Positions 1-13,800 of a DNA stretch of 64,000 nt are shown one piece after another. Position 1 is the stretch's first letter. Every line of letters starts with the position of its first letter. The notes under the pieces are model-generated. The model was not told where the DNA came from, made no database searches, and saw only the letters and a list, made by a program, of their open reading frames with translations. The DNA lies in NCBI GenBank assembly GCA_964035545.1, contig OZ037769.1, positions 2,418,001-2,482,000 of the forward strand, given 5' to 3'. The position numbers and the translations under genes are program-made. Origin of the DNA: Bugula neritina (Eukaryota > Animalia > Bryozoa).

Positions 1-421
1 CTCTAGTACTGTGGAGAATACCTGTGTACTCTAGTACTGTGGAGAATACCTGTGTACTCTAGTACTGTGGAGAATACCTGTGTACTCTAGTACTGTGGAG
101 GGGAGAATACCTGTGTACCCTAGTACTGTGGAGGGTGAGAATACCTGTGTACTCTAGTACTGTGGAGGGGAGAATACCTGTGTACCCTAGTACTGTGGAG
201 AATACCTGTGTACCCTAGTACTGTGGAGGGAGAATACCTGTGTACTCTAGTACTGTGGAGGGGGGAATACCTGTGTACCCTAGTACTGTGGAGAATACCT
301 GTGTACCCTAGTACTGTGGAGGGGGGAATACCTGTGTACCCTAGTACTGTGGAGGGGGGAATACCTGTGTACCCTAGTACTGTGGAGGGGAGAATACCTG
401 TGTACTCTAGTACTGTGGAGG
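1..421 (-). repeat. Minisatellite (28-35 bp unit) containing the KSR exon end plus GT donor
   Basis: Minus-strand unit TCCACAGTACTAG(A/G)GTACACAG|GTATTC(TCCCC). The first copy is the end of exon 458-398 and its donor. The array runs off the window. Confidence 0.95.
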
Positions 422-3400
422 CGGAAGGGGGAGGTGGTTTCAAATGTGAACTGAGGAGCTAGTTGATGGCAAATACAAATTGTTGAATTAGAATTAAGGC
501 TTTTTGACTGTTGAAATTGAATATATTTAAGTAAAACCAGTCATGGCAGTGCTATTGCCCAATAGAGCAACAGTTTTTTATCTTCTGTTTTTACTTTTAA
601 CTAAATATAACAAAAAATCTACCAGAAGGGCATAACTCCAAAAAATTGAGTAGAAATTACAAAATTCTTATTGAACATGTAAACTGAGGAATGTTTCGAG
701 TAAGTAATGATCATCAACTAAATATTTGAAGTAAGCAGGCTATCAAAGAGTTGCACGCAAAAAAGTTTACTATTTATTTTATAATGTGTAAATTTAAATA
801 AAATATATAGTAAATAAATAAAGTAAATAAAATAATAGTGAACCAAACTTAATTACAGCTTACAATAATTATAGCAACTTTAGGAGTCATCTGCCTTTTT
901 GGCAGTGCAAGTTATTTTTGTCACATTGAGAAAAACATTAAATCAAATAGAAAGTAATACAAGGAGACAATATGATGTGAACAAAGAGGTTGCCTGCCCA
1001 CTGCTCAGAACTTTATGACTCATCATAATTTATTCCAATTTAAATTCATAATCAATATTAAAACTTCCATCGATTACAAATAGGAAAATTAGTCTTTGAG
1101 GGAAAATAAATCAGCAAATAAAGGGAATTGCTGAGTGAAATAATTGCATATTGATTTAATATGCTGGAATCTAATTTGTTGACAATGTATGAGTTGCGCA
1201 TCTTCATGCAAATTCACAACATTTGAGCAAAATAAGCAGTTCATATTTTTCAGGCTTGTTACACAACAGTAAATGCAATAAATAATTATAGTGAAGTACA
1301 AAATAGATTGCTATTATACTGCTTTATGAAACAAAATAATTATATACAATGATGCAATACAGTACAATAATAGATGTGATAAGATAGCCTATATTTAAGG
1401 TGAATTACAAATTATGTAAGTTCAACTCAGTATAAAATAACTACATCTAATAACAGACTAAGATTGCTACAAAGATTGACCAATCAAAGCAGACTTACAT
1501 CTATCACAGTTTGATCACTGCCTTCAGACTTCTGAGTGTCTACATTCAGCTCCCTACACCAGGTAAACAACATAATAGTAGCAATTACAGAGGCCACGCT
1601 GGTAAATGTGTTTCTGTTCACAGCAGTAACTGTTAAGTATCGGTAACAGCTTTGCGAAAATAACAAGATGTGAGACAGGTAGCAGTAGGTGCACCCATGA
1701 ACTGACAACTAGGATGGCAGACAGCGGCAAGTGTGAAAATTGAAAGAAATGACATAAGGCAGTCAGTGACTCCCAAATCATGAAAACATATTAAAGTCTA
1801 ATTGCCGAATATTGATCAGTCAAAGCTGAGGCTAAAGACTTTTAGTGTTTAATGTAGACAAAACTTAGACATATAAGGGATATTGGTCTCATTTGAAATT
1901 CTATTCAAATCAATATCAAATGTAAAAGATGAGTCCCAAAAACATTTTAATTTGTAGTATTTGATTGCTTTTAATAAAAATTTATATGATTAATTCCTGA
2001 ATAAATATTGGGGGAAGTCATTTTCCGCAACATGCAACATATGAATGGGACATAAACTTACACAGTACCCCTAGAGGCTACCACAGTATCCTCAGAGTCT
2101 ATAGTGCTCACTGTAGTTGTCAGGTTATCTAGGTCTCTTGCTCTATGGAAGTAAAACAAGACTGCCGTATACCTACCACTTTGATTCTCAAACACTGCAG
2201 TGTATGTGAAATGATAATAATGTCGATAAAGTTAATACAACAGCAGTGATTGTGTTGCAGAAGTTATTCTAACAGCACACAAACTCACGGGAAGAACTGA
2301 GAGCTTTCCAAGGTAGAGGGCGACATGTTTCTTCGACCAGATGGAAGACTGGTGGCTTGTGGGAAGGTGAATTTGCCGGCATTAGCTGGAGACTCCTGCG
2401 TCAAGTGGGCAGTGTCTAAATATGCAAACATACAATACTTCAATGGCTAGTCAATGACTTCACATTGAGTCATCTTTCACCTTCATTGACCAGAGTTACT
2501 ACAATGCTAGTAATAATAGTCAACTGTACTCCCACGGATATGAATAGTAAACATGGTTCCAATAAGTCATAACCACAGCTTCTACCTGGAACAGGAGCTA
2601 TCATACAAAAAAACAGTAATTGAGTAATACAGTAACAGAGTAGTAATATAATAATACAGTGAACATACAAAGTGGAGAAGATGGAGAATATGAATATTCA
2701 GATGCAGAGCTAGAGTCTTGTATTGATGTGGAACCTCTGAAAGCACGGAAGCCATCTTGAATTGAACTATTTTGACTACCAAGTGAAGGAGAGCCTAGAG
2801 AGAGATACAAATGTGGCCAGATGAAACCTGTACAATTATTTAATACCAAAACAAATGCACCACCATAATCACAACCAGTATATGAGAACCAGAATCGCAA
2901 CAATTTTCATATAACAACTTTCACTTAACAATTTTCTTTTAAAGTATAGTATTTGAAAGATTTAGTGAAAAGAACCTTACATAGTAAATTGAAATACCCA
3001 GTGGCTATGTTGGATTAAACTCATTAACCTGTTGATTAACATATTCTAAGCTTGTAAATTCACTATTCAGCAATATTGAGAGCTCCAATCACTCTCATGG
3101 TATCTAATTTCTTTGCGTGAAATATAAATTGGTGCTACATTTGCAACCAAATTTGACTCTCAAAAAAGTACTTGTGCGAATCACTTATTTCAATGTGTGT
3201 ACTTACACTAGTAACTTACTGCCTTACTACTCAAGAGGTACTGTACATACCTCTGTAAGTGTGTAACGGATTCTCCTCCATTATTCTAGTCACTTCAGTG
3301 ACAAGTTTATCTGACAGTCCACACGAGTACAAAGAGGTCTCACTCTCACAGTCTTTATGACATTTGTATCTGAGGAGTTGAAAATCAAATTAACTTTACA

Positions 3401-6400
3401 CTCTAAATCTCATTTTGCAAATCTGCATCTTTTTCGTTACTCTTATAATAAGAAATAAAATTTTCAATTAAAACCCTCACCCAAAAATAATTATGAATTA
3501 AAACTATTTTTGAGGATTTTAACAATATTTAATAAATTATAATAATCGAAGACAGCTTTTTTCCTCCAATAAATGAGATTGTATATCATCAAACATTGTT
3601 AGAAACACCACTGCATTGTACGACTATGTCGTTTTAACAGTGATGGCTTAGTGAAGTTGACGGACATCGCTCGTCCAATATCCAATAGGCCAGTAAAGAA
3701 TAGACCTATCACAGAGCCGCAAACAGTCCAATGTGCAATGTGAGTAGAGGTAAATATCGGAACCACGCGGACCATATGTTTGAGTTTTCACATACAGGTC
3801 CTCAATGAAATTCTTCAAATATACCATCATGATTTGAAACCAGGTTGATCAAGAGACCTTTTATAGACTGAGAGTTGTACCATTTAGAGCCACTACTCAC
3901 CAGGTGGAGCTACATGGTTATTAACTCACAATATGATGTATTTTTCAAAATGAAACCACAAGCATTTTTATAAGAAAGTTTTAGAGTAAAGTTTTCAAGA
4001 ATAGTAGTTCACCGCTATTTAGACACTAAAATAAACCATTTCTTCAAACTGAAATGTATTATGATTACAATCAATTGCACTTACAACATTTATAAGTAAT
4101 CACGTAACATTTAATACAAAATAAAACTATGACAACTTTTGGGCTCAGATATTGTAAAATCAAGTATAATTTGCATTTTATTTTCCCAATCTATTAAAAA
4201 AAATCTTTTTGTTGTGGATTCATTTCACAATAGAAGTTATGTCAATATTATTTGCTCTCTTTTGTCGAGTGAGTTGTCTTCTCACTGAACTTTTTCCTGT
4301 CCTTGACTTTTGTTTATGAAATTACCTTCTCTTGCTTGGTCAAAATTTTTGTTATTTATAAGAATAATTACCACAGTTTTTTTTCCTTTAACTTATTCCT
4401 CGTAGTCTGTGTCAAGGTGCTACTGATATCATTTCACAGTCTTCCAAATTGCTAAAGTCTCTCTGTTTTATCTAATATTTAAACTTCATTCATGTTTCAT
4501 TGTAACTGAACCTCGCTACAAACAAAACTAGTTAGTGGGATAGTTATTTTTATTCACAGTTGGTCGTTTTTTGAGTTGACAATTGTTTTCGTGACTACTT
4601 CAAATTATCATTTTCGAAGACGTACTTTATTTGAATACTCAGTTTCGGCGTTTCTGTTACGCAACACTGTCTCTGTGTACCAGCTATTATAATAATTGAT
4701 AAGAGCACTTGCCTATAAGCAAATAGAACGTTACCCATCACCCAGTCAAAACCAACAGAATGCAATTTTTAAGCAAACCATTTCACTTCTTTAGTATATT
4801 ATTTACAATTCCACTCAATTTAGAAAACCAGCAAGTCTAGTTGTTATATGTAGTGTAGAGAAGTTGAATTAACCTGCAATGTTTGCAAACTCTGGCCAGC
4901 AGCTTGAGAGACTTTTTGCAGAGGTCACAGTGTCCGAACTTGAACTTCCTAGTCACAAATCTGTGCTCTATTCTGTGAACGGGGATGCTTCGAGATGTGT
5001 AAAAATCTACAGCCAAACGATAATCAGATGGCTAGGCAAAACATTAACTTTTGATTGGCGAGCAAATTGCTTAACACAGTTTACAAAATGTACTTTAGGT
5101 GAAATCGATTATTAGGACAAAACTGCATCGTAACCCTCCTTACAATATCAACAAAATATAATAAATAACAAAACAATTGTACAATTTAAAACTATTTCTA
5201 CTACACGAAATACATGAGAAAAAATATTTATAAGAAGCATATACACCAGGGACTACTAACACATTAGATAACTGAGATAGGAATTAATAGATAACATAGT
5301 ATGCTCATAGAACTATGAAAATCTGCAAAATACAAAAGAGTCTAGATAATGGAACTTACTAGAATTGGAAGAGATGGATGAGGCATCCATGGAATCATCT
5401 GCAGACACTGATTGGCTAAAAGATAGAAGAATATAACATAACACTTTAATATAACACAACACTATGATAATATATAACATACTGAGAACTTGGTTAATGT
5501 GATTTCAGTGAAACTATGAAGAGAAAACAGTGAGATAATAAAAAATTAAACAACTCAACTTTAAAATTGACTACCAATAGGGAACAAATGAACTAGAATA
5601 CCAGTCATGTATTATATGTACGAAGTCTGCTCACCATGTTCATAGTTGAAGATGGTGAACAGACTTTATGTTCTACTTGTTTTGCCAAGCTGATGCTTTC
5701 ACTAGTCACCATTGAAATACATACAACCTACTCTACTATACAATAATCATATAAATACTGTACCCAAAATGGCTTTTAGGATTGAGTTTGCCGGGAGTGG
5801 TGAGAGTGGAGTCGTGAGATATACTCTTTATCACCAAAGAGCTGCTGCCAGAGGTGCTGCCTGCCGGAGAACCAACGCCCGGAGCAGCCGATTGCATGGA
5901 AGAAGGAAACACGAATACTGAAGAGTTTATAACATTTCGTCGTTGCGGGGGTGGAGTACCGGCCCGAGACTTCCCCTAGAGAACACCGAGAACAAAAGTA
6001 AGCTGCTCAGCTGCTACAGACTATTGTGTCAGAAACTTGTGGTAATGAGTTCGGATGCCGAAGTTGTCTGATACGTCGATCAGCTTGGAATAGAACAAAA
6101 TGAGTACCGCAAAGAGTACCAAATTAATATTTAATACAAATTTTAAACTTTTAACTTTATAATTTCATGGGATATCAACATTCTGCCCCGTGAACAGGAT
6201 GGGTAGAAAACGCACATCAACATTGATTTGAATAGCCACAAAAACTCATAACTACAGCTTGTGTACTGTAGGTGTACGGTAATACCTTGTGTAATGTAGG
6301 TGTAAGATAATACCTTGTGTACTGTAGGTGTAAGGTAATACCTTGTGTAATGTAGGTGTAAGATAATACCTTGTGTACTGTAGGTGTAAGATAATACCTT

Positions 6401-9036
6401 GTGTACTGTAGGTGTAAGGTAGTACCTTGTGTACTGTAGGTGTAAGATAATACCTTGTGTACTGTAGGTGTAAGTGCTAATACCTTGTGTAATGTAGGTG
6501 TGGAAGGAGTTTGGATAACAATGGGAGAGCGTGCTGACCCTGCCCACGTGCGAGGAGATGAGACAGCAGAACCGCTGCCGTGACCACTGGAAGAGCTGTG
6601 CTGACTTGCCAAAGTTCCGCTTTGATTGGCTGCAGGACAAACATCACTGGGATTCAGTGAGAGCAAACAGTTACTATTGGCTTTATGTAACATACTTCAC
6701 GAAAACAGATAATCAAACTAATAATTTAAAAAGAACCATAAAAATGCTGACTATTATATATTACTATATAGAGCCATGGTCTAGGGGTTAGAGCGCTTAC
6801 CTAGCAAGCACAAAGTCATGGGTTTAATCCCCGGACAAAGGCTATTGGTGATGTTAGGAAGAGCATCCAGTCATAATTGCTCCTGTGCTACATACGAATA
6901 AGCCTCTAGCTGGATTTAAAAAACCCTTTCTACCAGGGGATCTTACAGCGATAGTGACTTTAAATTTGTGGGAGTTTGTTATAGTATGGTAAAGTATTAA
7001 AATAGAAATTGATGATCTACTGATCCGAGTAAATCTTTAGCGGGGATCTCACAGCGATAGTGTGTCTACATAGAGGGAGTAACAGTAAGCTAGCTGACTC
7101 ACCATAGTTGTAAGGTATGCTGCCAAAGATGGCTGGTTGGTCGGAGCCGGTGGAGGAGGTTGAGGACCGAGGGACAGACCCTGTGGAGGCGAGTCGGGTG
7201 GAGCGGTGAGACGGCTGGTTGGGGTTGGGTTTCCGGACAGAGTTTGTGGACGGTTCAGTCCAAAACAGATCGTGTTGCTTCTCTCCAACAGTTCCTGTAA
7301 CCAGTCAACATCAATCCTACATACCTCACTTATCAAATTATTGAAATAGCATACTTTTCTAAAAACAGCTGAAATCTAGATATAAGAACATGCCGTGTCT
7401 TTTTAGGGATGTAACAGATAAAAAACAAAATGAGCGAATATATTAGTTGATATGAACAATAAAGAAAAGAAAATTGAATTATCATCAGAAAGATGAATCA
7501 CTTTTCAATCAAACAAAAAATCATTTCACTCTATTTAATGTCTATAGAAACAGAGTAACTCCATACTGCTTGCTACACCAGTATAAACTCTTCACACCAC
7601 CAAAAAATACCTCTCTTTCTTTTCTAAAAACTCTTTCATACATGCCCAAACATTTAATCGATGTCAGACTACACACCACTTAGCTGACTCTCCGTCCAGG
7701 CCTTCAGTCTACCGAGAGCTTTGTTAAGTATGTGAGTCCCGGACTGATGAGCACCAATACGCTTCATTACCTCAGATATCTCCTCTGGTGTCATCTTCCA
7801 CAGTCTTTCTAGGTTGACATTCTCCGCTAACAGTCCCTGCAATGTGCCAGCAGGTGAGTTTAGTGCGACTTAACCTTAGCAACAACTTATTGACATGTCA
7901 CTAAGGAGCAAAGATGAAGAGGTGAACCAAGTGAATAACCAATGAAGAGACGAGACAGTAGGTGGAACTAGCACTAGAAATCGGAAGATAGACTTGGGTC
8001 AGGATGCATTAGAAAAATAAAAAGAAAAAATACACAAAATAAGTATTCAGCTACTTTTGATTGCGACTGTTACGGTTTTTTCGTAACGGTCCGCAATCCA
8101 CATTAGCTGAATAAATAGGAAAAAATATGGGAAATCAAGCAAAATTAAAAAGAACCTTGATTACTTAGGTGTATTTATTGATATTTTACTAGTTTTGCGC
8201 AAAATCCCATGTTCATTTGCAGCTAAATTGTGGAAAATAGCTAAAAACTGGAGATTTCCCTGTACTAAAAAATTAAGTAAAATGACTCACATAATATCAT
8301 GAAAAATGTGATTTGAGACTATCATAATGAGCAAGCAGTAATCTTGTTAAAGGTCTCTATAGTGAAGAAAAAAAATGGGTATAGGGTCACGGGAATGTTT
8401 AATTACCTACCTCAATGGAAGTTGAAGGTAGACCCACCACCTTTAGCCACTGTTCAGAGCTAGGATACTGGTCTAAGACGGGTTCATCTGTGATTTGAGC
8501 AATATAACTTTTAGATACCAACTGCTTACTAAACAACTTCACCAACTTTTCCTAAAAGAGAAATCGGGTGCAAATATATTGAACACACGAACAATATAGC
8601 TCAGACTGTAGGCTACTGCACGATAAACATACATGTCTCTCAATATCTCAAATCTTTGGTTACTACTATTACGTCATTTCACAAGCATAGATTAGGAAAT
8701 ACAGTTTTACTGACAATCAACAAGTATCACATAAATATCTAATTATTACTCGATTTAAGTTGTTAAGTGATTTTATAGAAATAAAATTATATCATAAGGT
8801 GTTCTAGCTTCATTCGCACATGAGATGTTCAGATGTGAAAAGATACTTTTAGATCATCAAGAACTTACTTCTGACTCCCTCAATGCCTGCTGTGAAGGTT
8901 GACTAGTGGGGTTCGTGAGCAAAGATTCACGCAGATCATACAGCGAACATGCTGCTATGTCTATCATGATTTGATAATCCTCACACGCTTTAACAGCTTT
9001 TTTTATTACATCCGCATTTTCATCGGAATCGGACAT
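398..9036 (-). CDS. KSR: Kinase suppressor of Ras (KSR) homolog, N-terminal exons only; gene continues past the left edge of the window
   Basis: ATG at 9036. Exons 9036-8869 (MSDSDENADVIKKAVKACEDYQIMIDIAACSLYDLRE...) and 8551-8411 (EKLVKLFSKQLVSK...QYPSSEQWLKVVGLP) match the KSR CA1/CC-SAM pattern. Exon from 7836 is SAM-like. Exon from 5975 has GTPPP and KSISHDS. A C1 zinc finger (HRFVTRKFKFGHCDLCKKSLKLLARVCKHCR|YKCHKDC) is split over exons near 4875-5020 and 3250-3370. Ser-rich exons follow. The last visible exon is 458-398 (LLSSHLKPPPPSASTVLEYT). Boundaries are GT-AG and phase was consistent at the junctions I checked. The kinase domain is not in the window. Confidence 0.88.
540..770. mobile_element. 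Probable non-autonomous repeat remnant in a KSR intron
   Basis: CAGTGCTATTGC motif recurs near 13701. No coding capacity; family not identifiable from sequence alone. Confidence 0.25.
6258..6500 (-). repeat. Minisatellite (~28 bp, ~9 copies) containing the KSR exon end plus GT donor
   Basis: Minus-strand unit TTACACCTACAGTACACAAG|GTATTATC. The exon ends ...CACCTACATTACACAAG at 6484. Confidence 0.95.
6770..6962 (+). mobile_element. tRNA-derived SINE, copy 1 (antisense within a KSR intron)
   Basis: A-box-like TGGTCTAGGGG, degenerate B-box GGTTTAATCCC, then body TTGGTGATGTTAGGAAGAGCATCCAGTCATAATTGCTCCTGTGC nearly identical to the copy at 42124. Confidence 0.75.
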
Positions 9037-10892
9037 GATTGAATTTTAAATGACTAAATCAAAACTACTTTGCCACATAGATCTGCAAGGCATTCAAATT
9101 TCCGTAATTCTCTAACATTACTAAAAAGGTGAAACTTTAAAACTAGAAGTGTCTCAAACAACTTGGGCTAGACATTATTACAACTACAGGTGTTGTGCGG
9201 TGAGCTATTGACAATTATAGGCTATCTATTATTTGAGATGAATCTTGTAGGAGCAAATCCTAAAATATTATGGCCAATACTGCTGGTCAGCATGTCATCC
9301 AAACACCTACAAAATAAGTATTTCCCAATATCGATATCAACCAACAATTGTATAAGTTTATTTTTATATATTTTTCGCATATACAACATTACTGCATTTA
9401 GTACAAATAATTACTTCATTACTTGTCTTCACTAAGTTACAACAATCTGCATACATACATACATACATACAAGCTATACGGCCACTACGAAACTTACGAC
9501 TGATAATGATATTACTATTAGTAATACTTCAGTATGAAAAATTCTAGTAAAATATTTTGAATCAGAAGAAATTAAAAAATATAATTTCAATTTTTAGTAA
9601 TAGACTAATTGTTTTTCACAGTTTCAGTTGAACAAACAAAAACATATTAATAATAAAATTAATATCATAAATATAGAATTTTATTATCCATCCTGTTGTA
9701 AACATGCTACTAATAACTCAACTAGCCTAAATCTTGCATATTAAAAATGATTATTTACATAATAAAATTACATTTCATATAATCAAAGTTATAAATTATA
9801 AATATTAATTGTCAGATCAGAATGCTAACAGCTATGATGAAGGTAACCATAGTCAGTATCAATAAATTATTACTTATTTCTTTGAAGTAAAAATCACAAT
9901 ATGAATAATATAACAAAAAATACTTTTGTCAAATAATTACAATTGTTATCACTTTGAACTTTTTTCATAATTATCATCGGTATAACATTAACTATGATTA
10001 AAAAATAATAATTAATGAGTACAGAATTTACTCGATCACCATCTTCCTAACACTAACATAACAGTAATGAGTAACTGTAATGGACTCTTTGGTTATTAAA
10101 TATTAATATTAGTATCACTATCACTATGAGTATGACTATGAAAATGAGTATCAGTATGACTATCACTATAAGTATAAGTATTAGTATAACTATTACTATC
10201 GGTATCACTCTGACTATCAATATCACTGTAGTCACTATGACTATGAGTATTGAGTATGACTATAACTATGCGTATCTGCCGTATGAAAGTGAATGTCCAG
10301 TTACAATTTGAATTACAGTTTGAGTTTACACTAACTCTAAGACTAAGCACAAGTCTAACACTAACAGTGCTGCGAAAACTATAAGTATATGCCACTTTAA
10401 CGTATTGTGTACTGCTATAACACTTTAACTTTCAATGAATAGGTATAATAGTAATAGAAATACTAGCAAACCCACTACGTTGTAATCCGAGTGCTAGTGG
10501 TCAAATGAGTGAGCATTCAGGATGCGGGATTATTTTCACTTTGGTTTCCAACCCTGATTTTTATTTACGATGGTATTAACGTTCTAGGAGAGACTCTCGT
10601 AAGATTCCCGCGGTTTGGTTGTAGTTTGTATTTCTGTCCTCAGTTTTTACACTCCTGAACTTGAGAATAGCGGCAGGCTAATGTTAAAGCCGTTGTACTG
10701 TCGCAGCTGTACTCACATTTGTGGCTACAAAATCGTGGTTTCACTTTAATATTGCATTCAATGGAAAGCCCTCTTCAAAAATAACTCGAGATTCGACCAC
10801 AATAAATGTTTATACTTTATAAACCATTCATATTGATGGCCAACTGTCTATAGCACAATATAAATAATCTGTTCCCGTGTTATATAGATACA
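9037..10892. promoter_or_regulatory. Putative bidirectional promoter and 5' UTR region between divergent KSR and RFC5
   Basis: Start codons at 9036 (-) and 10893 (+) are 1.86 kb apart. Both first coding exons have an upstream AG acceptor, implying 5' UTR exons in between. A CpG-richer core lies at ~10470-10800. Confidence 0.5.
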
Positions 10893-13800
10893 ATGCCTGA
10901 ACTTCAACAATCAAATTTACCATGGTAAACCTTAATTTGTTGTCATAAGAGTTAAGATTAAGACTGAGAGTAAATTTATTATTAAAAATTATTATTACAT
11001 AAATTTACTGTTAGTGGTACACTTACTGTTAGAGTAAATGTAATAGTAAGAATATAATGTAATAGTTATTGAGCACTTTAAATTATTAATTTATAATTAT
11101 AAAATTATATTTATTAGATCAATACTAATAGTAATACTCAGATTACTAATACTAATAGTAATACTAATACTAATAGTAGTATTACTATAGTTGTATTAGT
11201 ATTACTAATACTAATACAACTATAGTAATAGTAATACTATTAGTATTGGTGTTTTTAGCCATCTAATAAAATTAAATATAATTTAAATTATAAATAAATA
11301 ATTGAAATTGTTCAATAATTGTGATTATTATTAAATCATTATGACATAGCTATGAGTATAATTATCTGCTTATCATTATGATAATCAATATGAATATGAT
11401 TGCTATTATTGATACTATTAGTATTATCTATTATCATTAAATGCATTATGAATCATCATAATCAGTGTCATATCATTGGCACAATCATCATCACTGTAAT
11501 TTTGCAATATTAAATTTAACATATTTATTTTATGATAGTATGGTTATAAATGCATTTATGATTAAATTCAATCTTTTACTTTTCTTTTGTTGATCATAAT
11601 ATTTTGTCTGCAACATTTAGTATTTTTTTACAAAACTCAGAGTCACTGACCAACTCTATTTCATGTTCATGATGCATCTATTAGTATTAATCACATTGCT
11701 TCGTATTGGTATTGTACTTTTGACTTGAAGTTAAACTTAATGCTCATCAGTATTAGTGTATTACTGTATTACTATGACATTGAAAATCGTCCTCATTACT
11801 AACTTTGCTGTTAAACATTATTTTTAAACAAAATGATAATAAAATCTTCAATTTATTCAATCTGTTAGTGGTAATAAGTGTAGGGATCATAGTCTATATG
11901 TACTCATGGCAGACTACAGTCACAGTTCACGAATTCACAGTTGAGTTTCAACTGTAGTCTGTCAAGCACATTAGTGGAAAAATTGAGATAGCCCAAGCTC
12001 TTTGATTTTCTTAGAAATAAGTTTTGGTTTGAAGTGTGGGTTAAAGGTAACTTTATTTGCTATATTTCTACTCTAGAACGCTAACTCTTTTAAATTTCTC
12101 TATTGCTTCGCCTACCTGGGTTCCTACTAATGTCATTTTTATTGCAGGGTCGAAAAATATAGACCAAAGACTCTAGATGAACTTATTTCACACAAAGACA
12201 TTCTTAGCACAAGTACGAACTTTTGCCAAATTTTGTGACTTGCTTCGACCTAATAATTTTCATTTGGTTTTAAATTAAATAACTTTGAAATTTTTTATTT
12301 ATAATTAACAACATTTTTTAAGTTTACTAAGTTATCTACCTTTATCCAGTCAACAGATTTGTGGCTGAAGACAGACTTCCCCATCTCCTGCTTTACGGAC
12401 CTCCTGGAACTGGTAAAACTACTACCATATTGGCTGTGGCGAGACAACTCTACCCTAACAATAGTCAGTTTGGCGCAGCTGTGCTTGAGGTGACATGATT
12501 ACAGTACTATATTATTACAATAACTTTGAAATTCAATATAATTATAGGCCCGCAGCAAATCTTGCCCATCTTGGGTCGTATCTCTGTTTGTTCGAAATAA
12601 TTTTTTATGGTAAAACGTAGCAGTGAAATTTTCTGTATATTGTTATTTGATTGGTGGATGAGAGAGCATCTCTGATTGGCTTATGTTATAGTATTATTAT
12701 TAGCTGCATTTAGTTTCGCTAGTAGAAAAATAAAAATGACGTTTGTATCACTTTTTCAACAAAGTAATTCAAGTTAAATGACTTCTTTCATGAAAAAATT
12801 CACCAAGTTTAAACTGTAAACTTTTGTAAATGTTAGTGTGATTTAAAGTGTAAGTTGGAGTGTATCTGTTCGCCATAAAATATCAACGGCAACTTGAGTG
12901 TTTAGCCAACTTGAGTGTTTAGCCAACTTGAGTGTTTAACGGTAAGCTAACCGTCAGCCAATCACAAACTACATAACTATTGGATGTAGAGCCAGCTGAC
13001 TGCATGTAGAACAAGTCAAAGTCCAGTTGTGGTTGTTGTTGTTGTTGTCTGTCTGTCTGCTTCGTGTGCCCTCCGTTTATCTCAAGGTGGTCTGTCTCTG
13101 TCTAAGAAAACATCAACTTATTCTTAGATATCAAAGCTGCTAAGTGTGCTAGTACTAGTACTGTTTGTTTGCGTTTCCTTGTTTTGTGAAACTAATTTGT
13201 TTTAGTCTTTTCTTTAATTTACTGATTATCATTGTGTTATTTTGTTCTTATCTAGCAACAGTTTACAATAACATTTGTAATGTTCCGAATTGTGGCGTTT
13301 ATTCGTATAATAATTTATTGTCAAATAGCTATATACTTAGCAAATTTGCCTATGAACAGTTTGAATAAGATGCTTAAAAGCTACTTTGAATTGTTTTGAA
13401 TTTAAGCTGTGTTGTTATATTAAGAGTTATGTTTGAAAACTTGGCTAATATGTAGCCTTTAACCAGTAAACCTTAACGTATACAGCTGCAGTCCTCAGTG
13501 TGTAGTCATCACACAAGAGAAGATAACTGCTTCATGTTCACAGAATGCTGAAACATAATGCAAAAACAACCTGAGAGACCACCTAATGGCAAATTTCCAG
13601 ATAAAAAATAATACTCTTTGAGTTGCTAAAACTTCCAAAAACCTAAACAAAAATCTTATATAACTGTCAACCATTCATGGCTAGGTGCCTCGACTAGCTA
13701 CAGTGCTATTGCGCCATAGGCCCTGTCATTTTGTTTATTTTTTCTCAATTAATTTTTTCCCCGACTACGACAAAATAAAAACAAACAAACCACATTGTGT

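Noticed and set aside
7049-7336. Pro-rich ORF (PPDSPPQG...PPPP) as the KSR exon frame
   Set aside because: Intron phase requires the other frame (GTVGEKQHDLFWTEPS...), which joins both neighbouring exons.
11906-11963. ATG at ~11906 as the RFC5 start; 11-bp inverted repeat CAGACTACAGT...ACTGTAGTCTG
   Set aside because: The exon at 10893 ([11 protein letters not shown]) supplies the conserved LPW in the correct phase. The short inverted repeat is too small to classify.
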